Part shown: positions 16,585 through 26,415 of the stretch, piece after piece
Position numbering within the stretch: the first letter of the stretch is position 1
Layout: every line of letters starts with the position of its first letter
Origin: a virus
Taxonomy: Duplodnaviria > Caudoviricetes
Direction: 5' to 3' (one strand)
Virus record (IMG/VR): IMGVR_UViG_3300037470_000128
Span: 1 to 49,949 of that record
Length of the DNA: 49,949 bases
Translations under genes and position numbers: made by a program
Notes under the pieces: generated by a model
What the model saw: only the letters and a program-made list of their open reading frames with translations
What the model was told of the DNA's origin: nothing
Databases searched by the model: none

Positions 16585-19500
16585 ATGGCTGCTCGATCGC
16601 TTGGCACGCTGACGCTCGATCTCGTCGCAAAGATTGGTGGTTTCACGCAAGGTCTTGATCAGGCTGAGCGTACCGCCAAGAAGCGTAGCCGCAGCATTGC
16701 GAAAGAGTTCGGCGCCATGAAGGTGGCGTTCGTTGCGGCGACGGCAGCTGCAATCGCTGCCACGGGAGGTCTGATTAAATCCGCTTTGGGTGAACAGGAA
16801 AAACTGCAGCGAAACATGCTTCGGACAGAAGCGATCATCTCGGCGACAGGCAAGACCGCCGGCTTTTCGGCAGAGCAGCTACATCAGCAGGCGAGGGAGT
16901 TGGCCCTGGCAACCCTGCAGAGCACAGAGGGCGTAATGCAGGCGCAGCAGATCCTGCTGACATTCCGCTCTGTGGCCGGTGATACATTCACCCGCACCAC
17001 GGAGCTAGCGGCCGATCTCGCAACAGTTACCGGAACATCACTAACCGGTGCGATGACGAAGTTGGGCAAGGCGCTGGAAGACCCCATCCGCGGTATTGGC
17101 GCGCTGCGAAAGTCTGGGGTTTCGTTCACAGCAGATCAGCAGAAGATCATCAAGTCGCTGGTTGATACTGGCCGGCAGGCGGAAGCCCAGAAACTCATAC
17201 TTGATGAACTCGCACGCCAGTATGGCGGTGTTTCGCGGAAAGAGGCTGAAGGCCTGGCAGGCGCACAGGATACCCTTGGGCAGCGTATCCAGGAGGCTAA
17301 GCTGGCCTTCGCTGAGCAACTGCAACTCAGCGATCGGGTGGCTAGCTGGTATAACACTATGGCCGATTTGGTTCTGTCCGTTGGCCAGAACATCGACAAA
17401 CTGGTCGCCGGTCTGGAAATAGCCGCCGTTATGATAGGTACCCGCTATGTCGCCGCCCTGGGTCTCGCCATCGCCAAGAAAGTTATCCTGATCAGCAGCA
17501 CCGTTGCTGCCACAGGGGCGCTCACGGCGATGCGAACCGTTCTGCTAACGCTGGCCGGTCCGGCCGGGTGGATTGCGCTTGCCGCCGGCGCTGCCTATGG
17601 CTTAAGCCAGGCGTTCGATGATTCGGAGGAGAAGGCGCAGAAGATGGCAAAGGCCGTGAAAGGCCTGACAGGTGAACTCGTCGGCCTGACAAGGACACAA
17701 CTCGCACTTAAAAAAATCGAGCTCAGTGAGCAACTGGCTCAGCAGGCTGTCGAGATTCAGAAGATCGGCGACCGGCTGGCGGTAGCCAGGGATAAGATGC
17801 GCCAGTCGATGGCGATGCGTGGCGAGGGGCTTATGCCTGATGTGAAGGATATCCGCATCAACATTAAGGCAACCACCGATACGCAGACGCTGCGGCAGGA
17901 ATTCAATACTGCCAATGAGACGCTGAAGGCAACCGGTGGTGCCATCCAGGAAGTCGAGAAATCGCTTCTGAGGTTAAAGGGGGTGCAGCAGGAAGACACA
18001 ATCATACCGATAGCCGTCGACGACAAAACGCAGAAGAAAATAAATTCTCTCTTCGACAAGTACAAGGGTCTCATCAAAGATCTGAATAGTGCGGAAGCCG
18101 AGTACCAGAAGACGATCGAAGACCTCAACAAGCTGCGACTGGCTGGCAAGATTACGCAGGACGAGTACAACGGCGCCGTTCAGCAGGCTACTGAAATCTT
18201 CGAGGAAGCTGGTGGCGTTTATGGAAAATTCCGTGACCTCGTCCTCAACGTAAACGAGGCTGAGGAGCAGTATCGAGATACCTTGCGTGGCCTGTCTGAG
18301 CTCCTCGAAAAAGGGCGCATCACACAAGATCAGTACAACGATTCGGTCGGCAAGGCAGCCCAACTTTTCGACGATGCTGGTGGAGTCTATGGTGAATACC
18401 GGGATCTGATTGTCAACGTCAACGTCGCTGAGAAGCAGTACCAGGAATCGATCCGTGGTCTCTCTGACCTGCTGAAAAAAGGCACTATCACTCAGGATCA
18501 GTACAACGAAGCGGTCATGCGTGCCGCGCGTGCTTATGAGGATGCTGGCGGCCCGCTTGGGGAGTATGCCCACCTCATCGCAGGTATTGCTGAATCCGAA
18601 AAAGCCTATCGCACCACCATCATCGATCTGAATGATCGCCGTGTCGCCGGCAAAATCACTCAGGATCAGTACAACGAAGCGGTCGTCAATGCTAGCCATA
18701 TCTTCGAAGATGCTGGTGGCATTTATGGCGAATATGCGGCTCTGATAACCGGTGTCGATGCGGCCGAGAAGGAGTACCTGAAAACCAAGCGTGATCTGAA
18801 AGACCGGCTGGACCGGGGGCGCCTCAGTCAGGATCAGTATAACGAGTCAGTCAAGCGGGCAAAGGTCGCCTACGAGGACGCCACCACGGGCATCGAGTCG
18901 TTCGGCGAACTGGCGCGAGAAGGCGCCAAGCGAGCCCAGGGCCACCTTGCCGACTTTCTGTTTGATCCGTTCGACAAGGGCTTGGACGGAATGGTAGCGG
19001 GCTTCGCTGATGCGATGCAGCGGGTAGCGGCAGAAGCAGCCGCGGCCAGCATCATGGAGAGCCTGACCGAGGGCATGGAGGATTTCGACCTCTCCAACTT
19101 GTTCAGTTGGTTAGGTTCCGGTAAATCTTCCAAAGGCTCCGATTCCCCGGCAGAGACAGTTCTCGCCCTCGGTGGCGCCGATGAGGCGGCCGCCTCAATC
19201 AAGGCCGCCATGACCGAATCGGGTTCCACTGTAGCCAACGATATCGCCGGATCGTTCGCCCAGGACGGCGGCAGCTTCCTGTCCAGTATGTCCAGCATTT
19301 TCAGCCAGGAGGGCGGCGGCTTCCTGTCGTCACTCGGTTCGATCTTCAGCGGCCTGTTCTCTGGGTTTGGCGATGCTGCATCAGGTGCCGGCGACTGGAT
19401 CGCGTCCGCCTTTGGTTCATTCTTCGGCGGCGGCCGCGCCTCCGGCGGCCCGGTCATGGCCGGCAGCTTCTATGAGGTCGGTGAGCGCAATCAGCCGGAA

Positions 19501-19686
19501 TTACTGCGGGTGAACAATAAGCAGTACCTGATCCCGGGCAACAGCGGCAGCGTAGAGCCGATGGCTGGCGGCCGGCGCGGCGGCGGCAACACCTACCAGA
19601 CATGGAACATCACAACCCCCAACCCGGATGGATTTCGCATGACTGAACGGCAGCAGCGGCGCCAGGCGAGGCGCTTCGTATCATGA
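16585..19686 (+). CDS. Tape measure protein
   Basis: LGTLTLDLVAKIGGF N-terminus, LGKALEDPIRG, long helical Ala-rich body, C-terminal RASGGPV..YEVGE..PE. Confidence 0.93.
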   Translation: MAARSLGTLTLDLVAKIGGFTQGLDQAERTAKKRSRSIAKEFGAMKVAFVAATAAAIAATGGLIKSALGEQEKLQRNMLRTEAIISATGKTAGFSAEQLHQQARELALATLQSTEGVMQAQQILLTFRSVAGDTFTRTTELAADLATVTGTSLTGAMTKLGKALEDPIRGIGALRKSGVSFTADQQKIIKSLVDTGRQAEAQKLILDELARQYGGVSRKEAEGLAGAQDTLGQRIQEAKLAFAEQLQLSDRVASWYNTMADLVLSVGQNIDKLVAGLEIAAVMIGTRYVAALGLAIAKKVILISSTVAATGALTAMRTVLLTLAGPAGWIALAAGAAYGLSQAFDDSEEKAQKMAKAVKGLTGELVGLTRTQLALKKIELSEQLAQQAVEIQKIGDRLAVARDKMRQSMAMRGEGLMPDVKDIRINIKATTDTQTLRQEFNTANETLKATGGAIQEVEKSLLRLKGVQQEDTIIPIAVDDKTQKKINSLFDKYKGLIKDLNSAEAEYQKTIEDLNKLRLAGKITQDEYNGAVQQATEIFEEAGGVYGKFRDLVLNVNEAEEQYRDTLRGLSELLEKGRITQDQYNDSVGKAAQLFDDAGGVYGEYRDLIVNVNVAEKQYQESIRGLSDLLKKGTITQDQYNEAVMRAARAYEDAGGPLGEYAHLIAGIAESEKAYRTTIIDLNDRRVAGKITQDQYNEAVVNASHIFEDAGGIYGEYAALITGVDAAEKEYLKTKRDLKDRLDRGRLSQDQYNESVKRAKVAYEDATTGIESFGELAREGAKRAQGHLADFLFDPFDKGLDGMVAGFADAMQRVAAEAAAASIMESLTEGMEDFDLSNLFSWLGSGKSSKGSDSPAETVLALGGADEAAASIKAAMTESGSTVANDIAGSFAQDGGSFLSSMSSIFSQEGGGFLSSLGSIFSGLFSGFGDAASGAGDWIASAFGSFFGGGRASGGPVMAGSFYEVGERNQPELLRVNNKQYLIPGNSGSVEPMAGGRRGGGNTYQTWNITTPNPDGFRMTERQQRRQARRFVS
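18070..18880 (+). repeat. About five 168-bp (56-aa) tandem repeats inside the tape measure gene
   Basis: (I/L)(T/S)QD(Q/E)YN motif at 18151, 18319, 18487, 18655, 18823. Confidence 0.85.
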
Positions 19687-20342
19687 CCCGATTTGTCGAT
19701 GAGTATCTGCCGGACTGCGTGCTGAGCTACGACACGGTAGGGTCGCCGCGTTTCAACACCAAAATCCAGATTATGGACTCCGGTGCAGAGCAGGTTGACC
19801 GCCGCTGGCAGCACCCGCTGCACGACTACAGCATCCCTGAGGGTGTGCGCGACATGGTGACGTTCAACGCCCTGCGCGATTTCTGGCTGGTCATGGGCGG
19901 GCCGGCACATCTCTGGCCGTTCAAGGATCCGTTCGACTACGCCAGCGTGCCGATCACATCCATGGAGACTGATTGGGCCCCGACGCTATCGGACACCGAT
20001 CAGGTGCTGGGCAATGCCAACGGCACCACCACCGAGTTTCAGCTGGTGAAGCTGCACCAGCGCGGCAGCCAGCAGTACAGCCGGACAATTCTTCTGCCGG
20101 TTGTGGCCACTGTGGAAGTTGCCGTGGATGGCGTATCGCAGCCGAGCGGCTGGAGCGTGTCCCGCCAGGGCGGCGTCGTCACATTCGATACACCCCCGGC
20201 CAGCGGCGCGGTGACGGCCGGATTCCGATTCGACGTACTCTGCCGGTTCGAAGACGACAGCGCCTTCGATGCCGTCGCTCGCTCGTTCAATGCCAGCGGA
20301 TACTCTGACATCCAGCTCAAGGAGCGGAGGTTCCTCGACTGA
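19683..20342 (+). CDS. Distal tail protein, DUF2460/TIGR02217-like
   Basis: PRFNTKI..SGAEQ, FKDPFDY, FQLVK, GAVTAGFRFDV.CRF. Confidence 0.85.
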   Translation: MTRFVDEYLPDCVLSYDTVGSPRFNTKIQIMDSGAEQVDRRWQHPLHDYSIPEGVRDMVTFNALRDFWLVMGGPAHLWPFKDPFDYASVPITSMETDWAPTLSDTDQVLGNANGTTTEFQLVKLHQRGSQQYSRTILLPVVATVEVAVDGVSQPSGWSVSRQGGVVTFDTPPASGAVTAGFRFDVLCRFEDDSAFDAVARSFNASGYSDIQLKERRFLD

Positions 20343-22327
20343 TGGCCGCACTTATAATCGATGGTTTCGATCACTATGGTACCGTCGCCAACATGCTTAG
20401 GGGTGTCTGGTCAACCGTCGATTCTGGCGCCGGGCAGTACTCGCTATCCACAGCCAACCCGCGCACAGGCAACCACGCCCTGCGCCGCGGCACAGCCGGT
20501 ACCGGTGAGTGCATCCGCTCGCTCGGCGCCGAGAAGGCGGTGGTTGGATGCGCTTTCGGCATCGAGATCGACCAGCTGCCGGCGGATGACGATGCCTATC
20601 ACCTGATCCAGTTCCGCGACGCCGGTGGCGACAACCAGCTGACCCTGGTGCTGCAGTCCGATGGCAGCATCGTCGCCAAGCGTGGCGGGGCCAATGCCGA
20701 GATACCGAGCGACGAGACAGTGCTGGAGTCCGAGGCCGCCACCATCGACGCCGGCGCCAACTTTTATGTCGAGGCCCTGGTGCGCTTCGATGATACCGAC
20801 GGCGCGATTGAGGTGCGGGTAAACGAGGTGACGGTGATACACGCCCACCGCATCGATACCCTCTACACCACCAATAGCGGCTGCAGCCAGATCAACCTGG
20901 CCGGGTGCATAACCGGCGACGCCCATGGCGTGACCGCCGATATCGACGACCTGTACGCCTACGATGACAGCGGCAACACCTGCAACGACTTCCTCGGCTA
21001 CCGCTGGGTCGAGCTGCACTACCCGAAGCAGGACACGGCCTCGGAAGAGCTCAGCGTCACCGGCACGGTCACCGGATTTGATGCCATAGACGACGCCACG
21101 CCGGACGACGACAGCACCTATCTATCGGCCAGCAGCGGTCTGCCGAAGCTTAGCGAGTTCGAACTGCGGGCGGTGAGCCGTGAGGTGGGTGCTATATCGG
21201 CCATACAAACTTACGCCCTTATGCGCGGCGCCAGCACCGGCACCATGCGCCTGTCGCTCGTCTCGCAGACGAACGTGATCGACGGCACCGACCATGTGCT
21301 CACCAGCAGCTACGCCTACTACACCGACGTGTTCCCACGCGACCCGGACACCGGCGCTGCCTGGACGCCCAAGCGCATCAACGCCGGCAAGTTGCGCATC
21401 CGCGCCCAAGCCGGGGCGCCGCGCATCACCCAGGCTGCGACCCTGGTTCTGGTAACCAAGACGCCAAGCCTGACCAAGCGCGGCCAACTGTGGAAGATCC
21501 GCCGGCGCGACAGCATGGTGTTTGCCTTCACCACGCACGATGAGCCGATCACCTGGCGCGGCATCACCTATCAGCCGAACGACTCCCTCAGCTCCAGCGC
21601 CACCGACGCCGGCATTATTTCGTCCGGTGGGGTAGGCGATGGCCAGGTCAACGGCATCCTGCGCGATGGATCTATCACCGAGCACGACCTGGTCAACGGC
21701 ATGTTCGACGGAGCCACAGTCGATGTGTGGCTATACCCATGGGCCCAGGACGACTATGACGTGCCGCGCAAGCTCACCGGCGGAGTGCTGGGTAAGACCA
21801 CCCAGGGCGGCCTGGTGTACACCGCTGAACTGCTGACGCCCGGCGTCAAGCTGACGCATAAGCCGCTGCTTGATCTGGTGAGCCCGGCCTGCAGGTTCAA
21901 CGATATCAGCGACCCGCGCTGCCCAGTGGATGCCGAGGCGCTGCGGGTGACCGTCACCGTCACCAGCATCGAGGCGCGTGACGCTTTCAACCGCGCCACC
22001 TACCGCCGCTTCACCTGCGACGATCTTGTCACCTCCTCGATCGCCCAGGACGATGGCTACTGGTCGCTAGGCGTCGCAACCTGGATAACTGGCAACAATG
22101 CGGGCATCAGTAGCGAGATCAAATCTGACGCAGCAGGCCAGGTCACGCTATGGAACGCCATGCCATTCGAGGTTGATGTCGGCGACACCCTGAGCATGAT
22201 CCCCGGGTGCGACGGCCTGCAAACCACCCACACCGACAAGTTCGGTCTGCCGATGGCCAGCTTCGGCGGCCAGCCGCATGTTCCCGGCACTGATGCCCTG
22301 ATCGAGACACCGAATGCCAAAGGTTAA
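20342..22327 (+). CDS. Baseplate hub protein, DUF2163/BR0599-like, with a large extra N-terminal domain
   Basis: From about 21470: LWKIRRRD..FAFTTHD, CR..D.RC, PGCD, FGGQPHVPG. Confidence 0.82.
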   Translation: MAALIIDGFDHYGTVANMLRGVWSTVDSGAGQYSLSTANPRTGNHALRRGTAGTGECIRSLGAEKAVVGCAFGIEIDQLPADDDAYHLIQFRDAGGDNQLTLVLQSDGSIVAKRGGANAEIPSDETVLESEAATIDAGANFYVEALVRFDDTDGAIEVRVNEVTVIHAHRIDTLYTTNSGCSQINLAGCITGDAHGVTADIDDLYAYDDSGNTCNDFLGYRWVELHYPKQDTASEELSVTGTVTGFDAIDDATPDDDSTYLSASSGLPKLSEFELRAVSREVGAISAIQTYALMRGASTGTMRLSLVSQTNVIDGTDHVLTSSYAYYTDVFPRDPDTGAAWTPKRINAGKLRIRAQAGAPRITQAATLVLVTKTPSLTKRGQLWKIRRRDSMVFAFTTHDEPITWRGITYQPNDSLSSSATDAGIISSGGVGDGQVNGILRDGSITEHDLVNGMFDGATVDVWLYPWAQDDYDVPRKLTGGVLGKTTQGGLVYTAELLTPGVKLTHKPLLDLVSPACRFNDISDPRCPVDAEALRVTVTVTSIEARDAFNRATYRRFTCDDLVTSSIAQDDGYWSLGVATWITGNNAGISSEIKSDAAGQVTLWNAMPFEVDVGDTLSMIPGCDGLQTTHTDKFGLPMASFGGQPHVPGTDALIETPNAKG

Positions 22328-22763
22328 CCACGCTGACATCATGCGCGAAGCCCGCACTTGGCGCGGCACGCCGTTCCATCACCAGGCGCGCATCAAAGGC
22401 CACGGGGTCGACTGCGCACAGCTGGTGGTCGGCGTTGGCCAGGCCCTGGGTCTGATCGGCGAATACCCGCGTGAGTACGTGCGCTATGGCCGCGTGCCGC
22501 GCCCGGACTACATGCGCACACGCCTAGAGGAATTCATGGACGAGATCCCGGCCAACGAGGCGGTGCCGGGCGACGTGCTCTGGATCTACTGGCGCAACAG
22601 CCGGCCGGACCTGCCGATGCACCTGGCGTTCTTCACTGATCTGCACGGGCGAGGAATCCTGCACGCCTACGAAGAGGCGGGGCGTGTGGTCGAGACGGCG
22701 TTGAGCGCAGAGGTCGAACTGCGCGTGGATAGCTGGTGGCGGTACCGGGGAGTGGCTGAGTAA
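22314..22763 (+). CDS. NlpC/P60 tail-associated peptidase
   Basis: ARTWRGTPFHHQ, GVDCAQLV (catalytic Cys), PGDVL, HLAF, LHA. Confidence 0.9.
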   Translation: MPKVNHADIMREARTWRGTPFHHQARIKGHGVDCAQLVVGVGQALGLIGEYPREYVRYGRVPRPDYMRTRLEEFMDEIPANEAVPGDVLWIYWRNSRPDLPMHLAFFTDLHGRGILHAYEEAGRVVETALSAEVELRVDSWWRYRGVAE

Positions 22764-25684
22764 TGGGTGACTATACCAAACCGGCGCTTCAAATAGCCGG
22801 GGCTGTAATAGGTGGCATATACGGCGGCCCGCAGGGCGCCGCTATCGGTGCCTCGATCGGCGGCGCGATCGGAGCAACATTCGAAGACCCCGTCCAGATC
22901 AAGGGCCCGCGCCTAAACGACAAGCGCATCATGAGCTCGGCCTACGGCCAGCCGATCCCGCTCGTCTATGGCCCGGCCAACCGCCTGTCCGGTGAACTCA
23001 TCTGGTCCTCCGGACTTAAGGAAAAGTCGAAGAAGAAAAAATCCGGCGGCAAGGGCGGGGGTGGCGGGAGCGAAACTACCACCTACACCTACTCGGCCGA
23101 CGTCTGCATCCTGCTCAGTGAGGGCGCCAAGCTGCCAGGCAACGACCCGATGCGAAACCTGCGCCGCATCTGGGCCAACGGCAAACTGTTGGTGGACTGC
23201 ACTGCCGTCGGCACCGACTTCGAGACATGGACCCACGAACCGGGCGGCACCCTAGCGAAAGTCGCATTCTACCCGGGCACCTGGGACCAGCCCGTCGACA
23301 CGACCATGGAAGCCGCCGAAGGCGCCGGCAACGTCCCGGCCTACTACGGCCTCTGTAACGTCGTCTTCACCGGCTTGCAGCTCGCCGACTACGGCAACAG
23401 CATCCCTAACCTAGAATTCGAACTCGATGCCGGGGATGGCAAGCTGAGCTACATCCTGGCGGATATTAGCGATAGGGCTGGGTTGGAGGGGACGGAGTAT
23501 TCGATTGGTTCATTAGTTGACGAAGACGTTGTTTCGTGTGCTACAAATATTGATCAGGCTATTTACATAGCTTTTGATACGACCACTTCTATGAACGTAG
23601 TGACTTCAAATGGTAAAACTCGTCTTCAAAATGCCAAGACGGCAATTAATGGATACCTAGATTACATCGTCGATCTTATACCTGAAATTTCATTTGACAT
23701 AATGATAGTAGGATGGGATGGCGGGAAATCGACAATGCAACGAAGATCAATAGACGGCATCGACATAGAAGATCTTAAAATTTTTGTATCTGCCCTAACA
23801 AACAATATCAATGATACTGATTTAGATAATGCGGTAGAAGATGTTTCAAGTTTTTTTAATGGTGCTCCAGACAATTCAAGGCGGGTTGTTATATTTGTAA
23901 CAGATGGTTTTGAAGAGCAATCTGAGGAAACAGCATCTAATGCTGCTGATGTAATGTTCAGCACTGAAGGAATAATTTCCTATGCATTTAGCATAGACAC
24001 ACAAGAAATTGTTAATACGTCCTATTTTGATAACACGCCTGAAGATGGAATCCCTATCATCGACGGTTCAGACCCGAATGCGTTCTTAGCGTCATTGGTT
24101 GTAAGCCTACAATTTGACTGTTCGTTCGGATATGTTGTTGGACGGCAAATGGAGTCGATTGCCGCCATTGACCCACTATCAAAAGCTTACTATTTCGACA
24201 CTGTTGAACAATCTGGGGTGGTAAGGTATGTTAAACGTGGTCGCATGCCTATGGCTTCTGTTGAGATCGAGGATATGATATCAACAGATAGGTATCCACT
24301 AGATACAATTCGCGAAAAAGAACAAGATCTCCCACAAAAAGCGAATCTGACATATAAGGATCCTGCTCGTGATTACCAATCTAACACGCAATCATCGAAG
24401 CGAAGCCTAGGTAATTCGTATAGCAAATTTGATGTAGAACTTTCAATGACGCTTACATCAGGAAAAGCTAGGAACATAGTTGATAGATTATTGTGGGAGC
24501 CATGGGTAGGACGTATGTCGTCGGCATTTCCGCTCACAGACCGCCACCAATTCCTTCTCCCGGCCGATGTCGTCACCGCCCCTGTCGCAGGCGTAATGAC
24601 CCCGTTTCGCATTGACCGCGCCCCGCGCGGCGACGACGGCGCCCACCAGATCACTGCAATCATGGACGACCCGTTTATCTACGACGGCTACAGCATCGGT
24701 TCCGTCGCTACGGTACCCGACAACCTGGTCGCAGAGATCCCTGATACGTTCGCCTATGTGTTCAACGCCCCGATTCTCTACCCAAACGAATCCGCCACAG
24801 CATTCAATTGGGTGGTTGATGCCGACGGCGATGGATGGCGCGGCGGCCAGATATTTAGGTCGCTGGATAACAGCGTTTTCTCGTTCATGGACAGCACCTC
24901 GACGCGCAACACCACCGGCACCGTAGCATCAGCACTGGGCCAGGCGCTGCCGGATATCTGGGACCGCATCAATACCATCACGGTCACGCTGCATCACGTT
25001 GAACATGAGCTCGAATCGCTCACAGAGCTAGAGGTGCTTAACGGCAAAAACGCCTTCTGGCTCGGTGCCGCTGATGGCAGTCATGGCGAGGTAGCCCAGT
25101 TCGCCACTGCCGCCCTGATCAGTGCAGACCCCAAGATATACGAGCTAACGGACTTGTTGCGCGGCCGCCGCGCCACTGAGCACGAGATCGCGCTACATGG
25201 ACCGAACGAGATTTTCGTCTTCTTCGAAGCCGGGCTGATGGCCACGGCCGATTTCGGCACCCCGGACTGGGACCGACAGCGTTACTACAAGGGCGTTAGC
25301 AACTATCAGTTCGAGGCCGACATTACCACCGTCCAGGAATTCACCCACGTCGGCGAAAAGGCAAAGCCACGCGCCCCGGTGCATGGTAGGGGAGAACGCG
25401 ACAGTAGCGATAATCTAACTATCACCTTCGTGCCGAGAATCCGCGGCTACGGGCCGGGCCTTGGTTATGGCGAGATTGCGCTAGATGACCAGTCTGTATT
25501 CGAGTGCGACATAATCGTCGGGTCTTCTGTCGTGCGTACCCTCGACTCGACCACCGCAGAATTTCTCTATACGGCCGCCGAGCAAACGGAAAACGGCATC
25601 ACCCCGGGTGATCCCGTGGATATCGAAATCTATCAGATCAGCGCCACGCGCGGCCGTGGCCATCCTGGAGTCTTTACCGTATGA
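22763..25684 (+). CDS. Large tail tip / host-specificity protein (GTA megatron or J-like) with inserted vWA domain
   Basis: GPRL, SSAYGQPIPLVYG, RIWANGKL, PAYYG, YGNSIPNLEFE, LLRGRRATE; vWA motifs DTTTSM and VIFVTDG. Confidence 0.88.
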   Translation: MGDYTKPALQIAGAVIGGIYGGPQGAAIGASIGGAIGATFEDPVQIKGPRLNDKRIMSSAYGQPIPLVYGPANRLSGELIWSSGLKEKSKKKKSGGKGGGGGSETTTYTYSADVCILLSEGAKLPGNDPMRNLRRIWANGKLLVDCTAVGTDFETWTHEPGGTLAKVAFYPGTWDQPVDTTMEAAEGAGNVPAYYGLCNVVFTGLQLADYGNSIPNLEFELDAGDGKLSYILADISDRAGLEGTEYSIGSLVDEDVVSCATNIDQAIYIAFDTTTSMNVVTSNGKTRLQNAKTAINGYLDYIVDLIPEISFDIMIVGWDGGKSTMQRRSIDGIDIEDLKIFVSALTNNINDTDLDNAVEDVSSFFNGAPDNSRRVVIFVTDGFEEQSEETASNAADVMFSTEGIISYAFSIDTQEIVNTSYFDNTPEDGIPIIDGSDPNAFLASLVVSLQFDCSFGYVVGRQMESIAAIDPLSKAYYFDTVEQSGVVRYVKRGRMPMASVEIEDMISTDRYPLDTIREKEQDLPQKANLTYKDPARDYQSNTQSSKRSLGNSYSKFDVELSMTLTSGKARNIVDRLLWEPWVGRMSSAFPLTDRHQFLLPADVVTAPVAGVMTPFRIDRAPRGDDGAHQITAIMDDPFIYDGYSIGSVATVPDNLVAEIPDTFAYVFNAPILYPNESATAFNWVVDADGDGWRGGQIFRSLDNSVFSFMDSTSTRNTTGTVASALGQALPDIWDRINTITVTLHHVEHELESLTELEVLNGKNAFWLGAADGSHGEVAQFATAALISADPKIYELTDLLRGRRATEHEIALHGPNEIFVFFEAGLMATADFGTPDWDRQRYYKGVSNYQFEADITTVQEFTHVGEKAKPRAPVHGRGERDSSDNLTITFVPRIRGYGPGLGYGEIALDDQSVFECDIIVGSSVVRTLDSTTAEFLYTAAEQTENGITPGDPVDIEIYQISATRGRGHPGVFTV

Positions 25685-26415
25685 CGACCACGACCAACAC
25701 CGGCCTACCACTAATGGCATCGGAGCAGTTTCAGCCTGAAGTCACGCACAACGAGGCGATCATCCGACTGGCTGCGCTGCACAACGGCGTAGACGACTTC
25801 GGCCTCAACACCCCGACAGGCAGCGAGGCTGATGGTTACACCACCGTCGTCGGAACTTCACCGACAGGCGACTTAGCGGGCCGCGCCAACACAATTGCAC
25901 ACAAAACCGCGAGCGGCTGGCTGTTCTTGCCGGACCGCGATAGCAGCGGCACCATCATCACGATGGGCGTTGATCAGTTCGGGATATTCGCATTCGACCG
26001 CGATGCAGAGATCCTCAAATATTGGGATGGCGCTACATGGACAGGCTATGGAGGCGGTGGGATACCGACATCAGGTGGTACTGGGTCTGTAAAATTCCTC
26101 GGATCAGAACCGGCAGAGGTATTCGAGGACACGAGCAATGAACTGGAATTCGACTACACCGCCAATGGTGAGTGGCAATACTGGACGGCGACGCAGGCTG
26201 GTACTGTGCTCAGCGTGGTATCTGCCAACCTGCCAGTTGGTCACATGCTGCGGATTGAGCTTTTCGATTGCGACGTTAACGCACCTGATATCTCTGCGTT
26301 CACGCCGGTATTGAATGGAGACACCATCACATTCGACACTGTGACCGTGATATTTGCGGAGAAACTCAGCGACGGAACGGTCAGATACATAGCTGGCGGG
26401 ACGTATGCATCATGA
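25681..26415 (+). CDS. DUF2793-like tail fibre-associated protein
   Basis: LPLMASEQFQPEVTHNEAI N-terminus, YWDGATW. Confidence 0.78.
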   Translation: MTTTTNTGLPLMASEQFQPEVTHNEAIIRLAALHNGVDDFGLNTPTGSEADGYTTVVGTSPTGDLAGRANTIAHKTASGWLFLPDRDSSGTIITMGVDQFGIFAFDRDAEILKYWDGATWTGYGGGGIPTSGGTGSVKFLGSEPAEVFEDTSNELEFDYTANGEWQYWTATQAGTVLSVVSANLPVGHMLRIELFDCDVNAPDISAFTPVLNGDTITFDTVTVIFAEKLSDGTVRYIAGGTYAS

